DNA from: Phoronis australis
Taxonomy: Eukaryota; Animalia; Phoronida
Length of the DNA: 64,000 bases
NCBI GenBank assembly: GCA_002633005.1
Contig: NMRA01000018.1
Span: 769,131 to 833,130 of the forward strand
Direction: 5' to 3'
Below the pieces are notes generated by a model. The model saw nothing but the letters and a program-made list of their open reading frames with translations, made no database searches and had not been told where the DNA came from. Within the stretch, counting starts at the first letter, position 1; every line of letters starts with the position of its first letter. Position numbers and translations under genes: made by a program. This document shows, in pieces, positions 1 through 11,000 of the stretch.

Positions 1-695
1 GATGCTAACCTAATCCTACAATTTCGTCCAACTGAAAACCGAACGTTGGTGTTTAATCTGAATGCAAGTAATGCGTAAGCAAGTACATGCAAATGTTCAT
101 TAGGCCAGACGTTTACCAACCGAACAGGCCTAAATAAGGGGCAAGAATCTTCACTGCATTCAAAACAGTAGTGTGTATTTGATGCAGTGCGCCAGAACGT
201 CAATTTCAAGCATGGTTTTACTCAAATCGTTCACGTATATGCGCATGCGCCTAATTGCGAACATCAGGCGTAGCTTCGAGACAGGCACAACTACGACCAC
301 ATAAGGTAAAAATAAAACTTTGTTCTTATCGGTCATTGAATTTGGTACGCAATGGCGACATTTTAAAAATCTAAGAAGAATTTCTTTTGCTGAAACCGTC
401 ATTCCGAAGTAAACGATTTACATTTTTGGCACTTCAGTGTCTCATATCCTTTTCTCAGAAACACTAATTAAATGTCTTTTCAATTAGTTAGCATTCAGGC
501 ATTCTTTGTTGGATATAGCAAACTTCAACCCGTCGCTAATCAAGGAATTCACGAGGATGCAAAAATGGTAAACAAATATGTGAGCCGATAAGTCGCCACT
601 TTTCGGAATGTTGGCCCATTGGACTATCGGCACTTCGGAATATCCGCCCTTGGTACTATCGGCCCTTCGGGGTGAATATTGCCCGTTGCGTACCA

Positions 696-945
696 TTTTT
701 ATGCGCCCACATATTTATATGTTCATGAAATTTTGCACGTGTGTTGCTTTCATGGATGGGACGGCATGAGCGAACTTTCGGACGGATCCGACAACTGTTG
801 TGCCACCTAGTAGCAATTTTAAATTTTTTTTAAGTTTACCTCTATCTTCAAAGCTCATCGACATATTTTCACAAATTTTGGTACAGGTGTGTATAGGCAT
901 CTATTAGTGAGGCGACGGTAACCTCGCGTTTTCGGGTGGATTCTC
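696..945 (-). mobile_element. Terminal fragment of Helentron/HINE-like family A (reverse orientation)
   Basis: TTTTTATGCGCCCACATATT at 696 is the reverse complement of the family-A end; the following sequence matches the reverse complement of about 10690-10880. Confidence 0.75.
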
Positions 946-2287
946 AACGAGTGACTCACTTTTAAACGCGTTACGCAACTGGACAAGGCAGTGTCGAAAT
1001 GCTCTTCCTGCAACTCTCTATCCGATGGCTTAGTAACTAAATGGTACTTTGGCCTCCGAACCTCAGATAGTTTGGGAGCACCGCAAACCCTTAATCCAAT
1101 ATTGAGTGTTTTACCTGGCAGCAGTATTTGTTTAATTGACTCGTTATTACAGGCAGGTGTTGAAATACCATTTTTATTATATTTATCTGAGAATACTAAC
1201 CTTTGTTTATCTCTTTAGGTCCACAAATGCCGCACGACGAAGAGCAGTTTGTGGTCATGAATTGTTTGGCACGAACACACCAGCCTTCTTTTGCCCACTG
1301 TGAACACCTAACTTCGTAGTCTACACAACGGAGGTCTACTCTAAGGCCCGAGGTAACTGCGTAATGCTTTTGTCGGTCGACTATTTCTACAAATAAACAT
1401 AACGAATAATGTACTGGCGATGTTCACAGGAAATCATAATAAGCTGCGCATGATGTAAGATTGTTTGTAATATGGTGAAAGGCAAAACTTACATTTAAAA
1501 GTAATATTAACGTTTATATTTCCCCATTTTTGTTCTCGACGCACATACGTACTTGCGAATACGATAAATAAGCCCCTGCAGAAGGAACAGGTTTACAATG
1601 CCCACTGGCAACTAGAAGATAATGTTGCTAACAACACATTTAAAGGCAATTGTTCAAACAACTCTGCACCTCTTAAGAGTGGCAGATTGCTTCGGGAGGT
1701 CCTTAAGTTCAACACAAGTGTCAAAGACAGATTTAGGGGTTCAGCCGCTCTGACCATGCCCGCCTCTCAATGGAAACAATCACAAACAAATTTAGGGTTA
1801 GGATCGTGAACGCCTATCCATGGTATTGGGATTTACAACAGTTTCTCACATAATATTATCTGTATTTCAGTATGTATTTGGTCGTTTAATTTGTATTAGA
1901 GATTGTATTGCTTTTATAATTGTTCTTGGTTTAACGGTATACTAAATACTCGTAAATACTCGTATCGTGTCGTATCGTATATTCAAATCGTATAGTATCC
2001 TATCATAAATAAAGTTTTATGAACCACTGTTACGGTATTATTTTTATACGAGTGTAACCCGATAGGCCAACAACAAAAACAAAAACAAAAGAGACAACTA
2101 ATGTGCGTGTGAATGCGCTACAATAATCAAATTACAACTAGAAGGAGGCACAAGGGTAACCTAAACACGTAACTTGAATGAAAATAACTATCCAGAAACA
2201 CGCTTGAGAAGGAACATAAGTTTGCCTACGTTTTCCAAATCAACACTTTCCATGTGATAGTCGCATGTCTAAATGAAGCAATGAGCC

Positions 2288-5200
2288 ACAGGAGCAACGC
2301 GGAGCGTTTAAATGCGCCCACGACTGCACCGCAAACGGTGTGCTTCTATGTCTGTTTATTGTATCATAAAAATGTCTATTAGATGTCATAAGAAACATTG
2401 GACATTTTCAAAGAAGGTGTCTTTTCTCAAAATGATTTGCCAAATTTCATGAAAATCATCAAAGAACTCCGCAGATACAAAGGCAAAAGTAAAGAACAAA
2501 GTGTCATTAGGAATCACGCCAGCAGTTGAGTCCGTCCACCTCATGCCAAGCTAGTAGGAAAACAACTGCAAAGTTTCAAAAACATCTTGCAAGGGTTTTA
2601 GAAGATACAGCCGTAGAAGCGAAAAAAATGTCACCAGGCGGCACCACAGTAACTGGCCTATTTGAAAATCTCCAACACTGACTAATGTTCTTGTCAGTAG
2701 GAACACATCTGCCAATTTTCATTATGATAATTAGCACAGTTTGGCAGATAAAGAAGCAGACGACAAAAACTGACTAAAAATAATTAAAAAAGTCACTAGT
2801 TGGTGCAGAATACGTCGAATCCATCACAATAAGGAAAGGTGCTGCGGACGCTGAGCGCCGAGATGGAGATGGCTGCAATGTGCACCAACATATTTATACA
2901 TACAAAAGTCAAATGCTACTGCGTTTGCACTCGTGTGAGATAGAAGACGATACTTGGCAAGAACTAGTAGATAGTTGATCATTAAAGATGCAGAAACTTG
3001 AGACAAATAGGATTAAGCACGAAAGTGAATTTTGTGTTCGCATTTTTAAAGCAAATTGTAAAAATAAAGAAAAATGTCACTATGTTTCTAAACTGTTTTA
3101 AACATTCTGGAGCTTAAAAACTGTTCGTTATTTAAATTCCTTGGCTGCACATGGTTGACTCGTCCGGCATACGCCGGGTCAATCGGTAGACATTTGATTG
3201 CTTGCCGGTGACGACTTCCGGCTCACATATCAAGCAGATGTCTCTCGCTGATTCCCAGCGCGTCCGCTAGGGGTAGAGAATACGCAGGTATCATTCAAAA
3301 GGACGCGCTTTATCACTGATTGATGTAACATAAGCAGTCGGCAGGATAGCGTCATCTCACCGATGAATGCCTATATTCAAAATTTTATGAAAATCTGTTG
3401 AGGACCTTTGAAGATAAAGGGGAAAAAGTAAAAAACTAAAATTGCCACAAAGGGGCACACCAGTAATCAGATTCGTCAGAAAGTTGTCGCCGTCCGTTAT
3501 CAACATCATATAAATACACTTGCTACATTAAGTAAAGATTCTGAAAACGGTTTAGGAGATACAACCGTGAGCGCCAAAAAAACAAAACTGCCACTATAAG
3601 GCTCCACAGCAGTTGAAGTCGTCGGAAAATCATCGTCAGCTGTCCACTTCATAGTGAAAATATACATGCCAATTTTCACAATTATCCTGAAAGCAGTTTG
3701 GCTGATAGACTAGTGGACGTCAAAAACAGACTCGAAAACAGTAAAAGAGCAACGCGGAGCGTTGAAATGCGCCCACGAATACACTGCCAACGGCGTGCTT
3801 CTAGGGGGTGTTTATTTATATAAAAACGACAACTAAATGGCGCCAAATATGTCGAATTCATGCGAAAATGTGTACGTGTAATCAAAGCCATTTACCAAAT
3901 TTCATAAAAATCTGTCAAGGAACATCTGAGAAAATAGAGGAAAACAAAAAAAATGAAATTGCCACTAAGAGGCTTTTAGCGCAAAAAACATAACTGTCAC
4001 TAAGAGAGGCCAAAGTGGATAAAGTCGTCGGAAAATCATCGTCAGATTTCCGCTGCACATTAGGAACATACATGCCAATTTCCACAACCATCCTTAGAGT
4101 GGTTTGGTTGACAGAGGGGCGATCGCTAAATAACAAGACTCGAAAATAGTAAAAATGACCACAAGGTGGTGCAAAAAGCCTCGAATTTCACCGAAAACCG
4201 GATGATAGTGTCACCTCACTAATAGATGCCTAACTGCCAAATTTTATGAAAAGCCATTGGCGATATTTTAAGATACAGAGATAAACGCAAAAAAATAAAA
4301 TTTCCACTAGGGGGCATACGGGTAGCCCGATCTGTCCTAAAGTCGTCGTCCTCTGTTGTCAACTTCATATAAATACAGCAGCAAAATTCAATAAAAATCC
4401 TGTAGAGCATTTAGGAGATACAGCCATGGGCGCAAAACAAATAAAACTAGCCCTAGGAGGCGCCATAGTAGTCCAAGTCATCAGAAAATCATCGTCAGCC
4501 GCCCTCTTTACAGTAAGAACATACATGCCAATTTTCAAAATCATCCCTCAAGCGACTTGGTGGATAGAACGGCGGACGCCAAAAAACAGTCTCGAAAACA
4601 ATAAAAATGGCCACGAGTGGCGTTAAGTACCTCGAATCCGTCCAAAAACGGGAGGATGGCATCATCTCAATAAGAGATGCCTACCTTTATGAAAAATTCG
4701 TTGACGATCTCCTAAATCTACAGAGGTAAGCGTAACAAATAAAATTACCACTAGGGAGAACACTGGTAGTCGGAGAGGTCCGAAATTCGTTGTCATTCAT
4801 AGTCAGTTTCATGGGAACGCATATGTCAAATCTCATCAAGATCCCGTGAGGGGTTTAGGAAATACAGCCACGGGCGAAAAACAAACAAAATTGCCACTAA
4901 GAGAAAACACAAGTCGTCGTGAAATCATTGTCAGCCGCCCTCTTCAGAATAAGAACCTATATGCCAATTTTCAAAATCATACCTAGAGCGTTTTGGTTGA
5001 TAGAATGACGAACGCCAAAAAAAACACACTCGAAAACAGTAAAAATGGCCACTAGGTGGCTCAAAGTACCTCGAATCCGTCCGAAAACGGAAGGATGGCA
5101 TCATCTCACTAATAGATGCCTAACTGCCAAATTTTATGAAAAGCCGTTGAGGACCTCCGAAGATACAGAGGTAAGCGTAATTGCCACTAGGGTGCACACC

Positions 5201-6136
5201 TGAAGCCAGAGAGGTTTGAAATTCGTTGCCGTCTGTTTTCAGCTTCATAGGAACACATCTGCGAAATCGCATCAACGTCCTGTGAAGGGTTTAGGAGATA
5301 CAGCTGCGGACGCCGGACGACGGACGCCGGACACTCAGACAGAGATGACAGCAATGTACGACCATATATAAATATGTGGGCGCAAAAAATGGCTACTCGG
5401 TGACGAAAACTAGGTCGAATCAATTTGAAAACAGAGAGCAAGCGTCACCTCATTAACAGATGTCTGTATGCCAAATTTTATGAAAATACGTTGAGGAACT
5501 TTGAAGATGTAAAGGTAAACGAAAAAATTAACACTGCCACTAGATGGCACACCAGTAGTCAGAAATGTCCGAAAGTCGTCGTCCTCGTTTGTTATCATCA
5601 TATAAATACATTTTCTAAACTTAGTAAAGATCCTGCGAACGGTTTAGTAGATACAGCCATCGGCGCAAAAATGCCATTAGGAGCGCCATAGTCGTCGAAG
5701 TTGTCGGAAAATCATCGTTAGCCGTACATGGCAATTTTCACAACCATCCTTCGAGGGGGTTGGTTGATAGAGGTGTGGACGCAAAAAAGCAGACACGAAA
5801 ACAGTAAAAATGACCACTAGGTGGCGCAAACTACGTCGAATCCATCCGAAAACGATAAGATAGCGTCATCTCACTAATAGGTGCATATATACTAAATTTT
5901 ATGAAAATCCTTTGAGGAGTTTTGAAGAAACAGAGGTAATCGTAAAAAACTAAAATTGCCAGTAGGGTAGTTGGATCCTTACGAAAGTTCGCTCATGCTG
6001 TCCCATCCATGAAAGCAAGACATGTGCAACATACGTCAAGGCGTTTTGGAGATAGAGCAATAGACGCCGGACACCGGATGGACGGGCGGACGGAGATGAT
6101 GACAATGCATCCACATATAAATATGTGGGCGCATAA
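2288..6136 (+). mobile_element. Cluster of Helentron/HINE-like family A copies with internal ~440-450 bp tandem units (about 150 bp subrepeats)
   Basis: Starts (A/G)GAGCAACGCGGAGCGTT..AAATGCGCCCAC at ~2290 and ~3745. Ends with a GGAC microsatellite plus ATATGTGGGCGCA at ~5385 and ~6133. The unit marker CTCGAAAA(C/T)A recurs at ~3731, 4139, 4592, 5029 and (variant) 5795. Confidence 0.75.
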
Positions 6137-6319
6137 TGAAATGATGCCTGCGTGTTCCCTCTCCTCTATCGGACACGCAAGGAACCAGCGAGGCAGATGT
6201 CTCAGCCGGGCGACCGGCAAACTCGGCGTAGTAAATTAAATGCAGCCATTGACTTGATTCTCGCAATGGTTTCCTGGCGCATCAGTGAGTTGCTGACAAA
6301 AAAAAATTAATTTTAATGC
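3017..6319. mobile_element. Putative TTAA-flanked foldback/MITE whose arms enclose family A sequence
   Basis: TTAA|GCACGAAAGTGAATTTT at the left versus AAAATTAATTTTAATGC|TTAA at the right. Segment ~3240-3297 is the reverse complement of ~6140-6200. Confidence 0.45.
3743..5388 (+). mobile_element. Complete family A copy nested inside another family A copy
   Basis: Removing it restores the normal unit junction GACTCGAAAACAGTAAA|AATGG(C/T)ACT seen intact at 10624-10650. Confidence 0.7.
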
Positions 6320-6339
6320 TTAATGACGCAGTTTCGTCT

Positions 6340-7200
6340 TATTAGTAGTGAACTAGTGAACCTTCGGACTAGTGCAATACAAAACTTGAATCGTGTTGCT
6401 ACTGTGTTCACGCTGTGTTCGAGTATTGGTACAGTGACACCTTGTCCACAGCAGGAGACAAATATGACTGCCTGTCGACAACAGTTTTACACTGTGCCAA
6501 CATATATATGAAGGCTGGCCTATTTTAGACGATCGAGGCCTTTGCCAACGCGAACGAACACAGTCCGTTGCAATATTAACGCGGTCTTTTTGAAATGGTG
6601 GCGAATGCGTGAAAGGAGCTCGTACTGGCTTCTGTGTTGCAGTTGTGATATAAATGCTACGCCTTGTATATCTGTCGATCCAATTGATAAACATAATCGA
6701 TTGAATGTGGGCTATCATCGTAAACGATGTTCGCAGCAATAATGAGACCAGTGAATGACAAACTTTCAAGCAGTACAATGCACAAAAATAGGTGATATAA
6801 TGTTAAGATATTCCATTATGATAATGATCAAATTTGGACTACTGTAACTTACCCAAATGGTTATAGAAAACAACCAGTGTGATTAAAACCACGGCGGTCA
6901 CTGCAGCCACGCACAACTGCATTCCACGCTTCCTGTAATGACAAAACAAACAGTTCTTAATCATCAAAAATCTTTCAGCAATGGTAGCAAGTTTAGATGT
7001 CACACGAAACAATTCAATTCGTAGACGTTGCTGAATAAACACCGAAATCGAGGCTAAAAAATTTCATGAAAGTGGCTGGTAACTATATTCCAGCTTAGAC
7101 TTCAATTTTTGAAATGGCACAACTGACAGGGCACAAGATGATCGGTGTCAAGCGGCCCTTAACACACACCAATTCAGAAACGGTGGCAAGGCGGAAGTCG
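6340..7200 (-). pseudogene. Probable degenerate class A (rhodopsin-like) GPCR pseudogene
   Basis: Minus-strand fragments in GPCR order: KLATIAERFLMI (TM3 with ERF), LCVAAVTAVVLITLVVF (TM4), LSFTGLIIAANIV (TM5), KKTALIL/GLCSFALA (TM6), LEHSVN..LYC (TM7). Several stops and frameshifts. Confidence 0.4.
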
Positions 7201-8429
7201 TAGTCAAGAATGTTGAGTGCTCGTGCAAAGTTGCAAATTGGAGTGTCATACTTCGTTACGTATTGTTGTTGATGTTGTTGCTGCTAAGGTGCTTCTAAAT
7301 CCCCCAGTGTACTACAACATAAATCTAGAGGCTAGTAGAAGTGAGAACGTGCAGACACATGCTTACAAGTCATTCTCTGAATAAAACCTGTGACCCAATA
7401 ACATTAGTTTGCGCTCAAAGTAAGCCAAAATGAGCTCTTGCCGAAAAATTTTACTTTGATATTGATATGGCAATTTTTGGCCCACAGAGAAGCTCGGTGC
7501 AGCAAAAAGTACAACTCGCTTGAATTTTGATTTTGCAAGTGATAAAGTACTTAAAATGCACTTCTGGGTCAATTAGCTACAGCTATTACGCATAGCTTCC
7601 TAATAACAATGAGACAACAAGGAGTGAAATCAGAACATCTTATATCTTAGTAATGCATATTTTTAAGGAATTTTGCGTCTCACTTGTGTTTTGATTATGA
7701 AACTACACTGAACTTGACAACTGCAGCTATATCATTCAAATACATGTACACACATGTTACCTCAAATAATTCATTTTCATCTACTGATCTAGTCAAGTGT
7801 GAGTCAGTTCATGAGTTCAATTCGCTTTTTAAGTTGTTTCAACTTTAATCACCATTGACGTTCAAGCTAAAAATGGCCAATCGAATAGTATTGACTTAGA
7901 GCCCTATTTGACTCGGGCGGCGTCATGTGCAATAGTACCAATGTAATTGGAAATATCCTTTCATCCCAAAGTACAGTATTCATGTTCTACATATGTACAA
8001 ATTGCCTACCACGTTGGCTCTTACCTATTTGTATTAATCTCACATCTGTAGTACGCCTATCCACTTCACTTTTTAATGTTACTCAATCATCAGTTTTCTA
8101 TTTACAAAATTTAGCCTAAGTTAATGTAAGTTAGTAGTGGTGGGAATTTTCATGCCTACCCTAGTGTTCATTGCTTTTGTCCTAGCTTACTTAATTACTT
8201 TTAGACTATTCACACGACTGCATATATTTCTTTCTTCTGTTGTTAGATAAGCATGCTAAGTATGAACTGTATAAATTTATTAGGTTTTAACTAAACACAC
8301 AATAATTACAATTGTCCGGGTGTCTGGAAAACAAAAATACCTCATTGCTTTTCCCCTATCACGCTCGACCTCACGTTTCTACTAGGAAAACGATCCCGAA
8401 ATGCGCACTTACGTAGTGTTTACTACACA

Positions 8430-8513
8430 ATGAGGAACTCACGTTGTGATATCAGAGTTATCATTGAGCAAAGCCTTTTGACTACTGGTGACGTAGAGGT
8501 CAATCCAGGACCA
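8430..8513 (+). other. 2A-like (StopGo) peptide ending LLTTGDVEVNPGP just before the APE domain
   Basis: GGT GAC GTA GAG GTC AAT CCA GGA CCA at 8487-8513 matches the D(V/I)ExNPGP consensus. Confidence 0.85.
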
Positions 8514-9915
8514 TACACTCAGGGTGCAGCCAGCTTCAAGGTCTTATTCACTAACATCAATAGTATCAAGGCGAACAATCTTTCAAGATTTGAACTTCTC
8601 AAGCAATTTATTACAGAAAACAATTACATGGTCATAGACATAATGTGAATCCGGAACACTGTCCGAAGACAACCTCAGTGCACTTATTATTCCAGAATAC
8701 AACATTGCCTACCAACGGCGGGAGGGGGTTGATCTTGTTTGTACACAACTCCGTAAATTACAAAACAATTGATACCAAAATTATACAATCAATGAATAAC
8801 TGTTGGATTGAACCTTATGTCAACCACAAGAACGTATATTATGTTTTTTTTTCTATCGCTCACCCTCACAGACATCCCATGACAGGAAAGCATATTTCAA
8901 GACCTTTGCAGAACAACTGCAAGAACTCTCACGAACTGATAAAAGAATTGTTATCAACGGGGATTTCAACGCAAGAAATAGTACTTGGTATTCAGAAGAC
9001 AATGACAACCAAGCTGGTCCCGAATTATTCGATATTCTCCTCTCAAATGACTGTGTACAACTAATAAACGAACCGACACGTTTAACAGAGTATTCACATT
9101 CTTGCCTCGATTTATGTATTACTAACAATGTCGTATTAATTGAATCCACTTCTGTATGACCTCCCATTGGTAACTCGGACCACCACGTTATAGAAACAAC
9201 ATTCACACTCAACTGCTTACCTAAAGAACCAGACGTTATCAAACAGATCTGGAATTACAAACTCATTAGCATGGACAAACTGCGCACTGACATAATCACA
9301 TTTAACTGGACTGCAATACTGAGCAAAAGTGACAGAAATGACAAAGTCTCAACATTCACACAGTCACTCTACAACATACTAAATAATAATATCCCATCAA
9401 CCATGAAAACAATAAAAAACAAGAACAAACCGTGGTTTAACAATAACTTAAGACTGAAATAAATAAAAGAAACAAACTGTACAGATCGTTCAGAAAATCA
9501 AATAACGCTTGCACCTTTAAGTGTTACAAAGAACATTGCAAGAGTGTGGAAGAACTAATTAAAAGACGAAACAAGACTATAAGATGAAAATTATCTCCAA
9601 CATCAACAATGTCTCAAAAAATTCAAAGGAATATTGGGATATAATCAACAAAATTCGAGGACAGGTAAAGCAAACTTCATAACTCACTATCCACTCAAAG
9701 GAATCCAACACTCAGGCGTCATCCAAAGCTTAAAAAGTAAGTTATTTTTAGAATACTTCACCGCCAAGAGTCACGTTGCACCAACAACAAGCTTTCCCGA
9801 ATTCCCAAACAGAACATTAGAACATCTCTCTGACATACAAGCCCAACCACCTGAAGTCCGAAAACTACTAAAAAATATTGACGAAAACAAAAAAGACAAA
9901 ACTAATCTCATTACC

Positions 9916-11000
9916 AACAAGAGCAACGCAGAGCGTTGAAATGCGCCCACAATTGCACCGCATACGTTATCCTTCTAGGGTTGTTTATTGGTACCATAAA
10001 GTGGCCAGTAGAGGGCATATATGTAGTATGTTGTACTTTGCAAAATGGAAAGGCATGGTCATTGTCTCCTCAATAGGCTAGGGGCAAAATGTGAGTAATC
10101 TTCATAATACAAGCACATCCTATACACCAGTTGCTTAAAGCACCACAGAAACATAGAATTAAAAACAAATTTACCAACATACGAGATTAGCACAGCATTA
10201 GAATGCCAGAAACAAATTTCTACTTGGAACTTTTCCTTCATAGTCACGAAGTAACACAAAGTACACACCTGAAGACCTATGAAAATACAGAGGTCAATGT
10301 AAAATACTAAAATTGCCACTAGAGGCAAATACTAAAATTGCCACTAGAGGCATACCGGTAATCAGAATCATCCTAAAGTCGTCATCGTCCGTTGTCAACA
10401 TCACATAAATACACTTGCTAAATTTAGTAAAGATCCTGCAAACGGTTTGGGAGATACAGCCATGGGCGCAAAAAAACAAAACTGCCACTAGGAGGCGCCA
10501 CAGTAGTCCAAATCGTCTGAAAATCATTGTCAGCTGTCTTCCTTATAGTAAGCACATACACGCCAATTTTCACAATCATCCTTTGAGCGGTTTGGTTGAT
10601 AGAGGGGTGGACGCAAAAATACAGACTCGAAAACAGTAAAAATGGCCACTAGGTGGCGCAAACTACGTCGAATCCATCTGAAAACAGTAGGATAGCGTCA
10701 TCTCACTAATAGGTGCCTACATACCAAATTTCATGAAAATCCGTTCAATACTTTTGAAGATACAAAGGTAAGCGTAAAAAACTAAAATTGCCACTAGGGG
10801 GCACACCGGTAGTCGGATCCGTCCGAAAGTTCGCAGATGCCGTCCCATTCATGAATGGAACATATGTGCCAAATTTCATGAACGTATGTCAAAGGGTTTT
10901 GGAGATAGAGCAGCGGACGCCGGACGCCGCCCGGACGGACAGACGGACGGACAGAGATGACGGCATAATGCGTCCACATACAAATATGTGGGCGCATAAA
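9916..11000 (+). mobile_element. Complete Helentron/HINE-like family A element
   Basis: 5' AACAAGAGCAACGCAGAGCGTTG hairpin plus ATGCGCCCAC. 3' (GGAC/AGAC)n microsatellite and hairpin ATGCGTCCACATACAAATATGTGGGCGCAT, whose right arm is the inverted repeat of the 5' motif. A-rich ends and no TSD. Confidence 0.8.

Noticed and set aside
1219-1352. Apparent + strand exon (TCTCTTTAG|...|GTAACT)
   Set aside because: Stops in all three frames and no recognisable product.
1560-2010. LINE 3' end with (TCGTA)n tail
   Set aside because: Only a faint LKSGR motif plus a short microsatellite; not enough to call.
2288-6136. CRISPR-like reading of the regularly spaced GCCACTAG motifs
   Set aside because: The intervening sequences are homologous to each other (tandem units), the context is eukaryotic and there are no cas genes.
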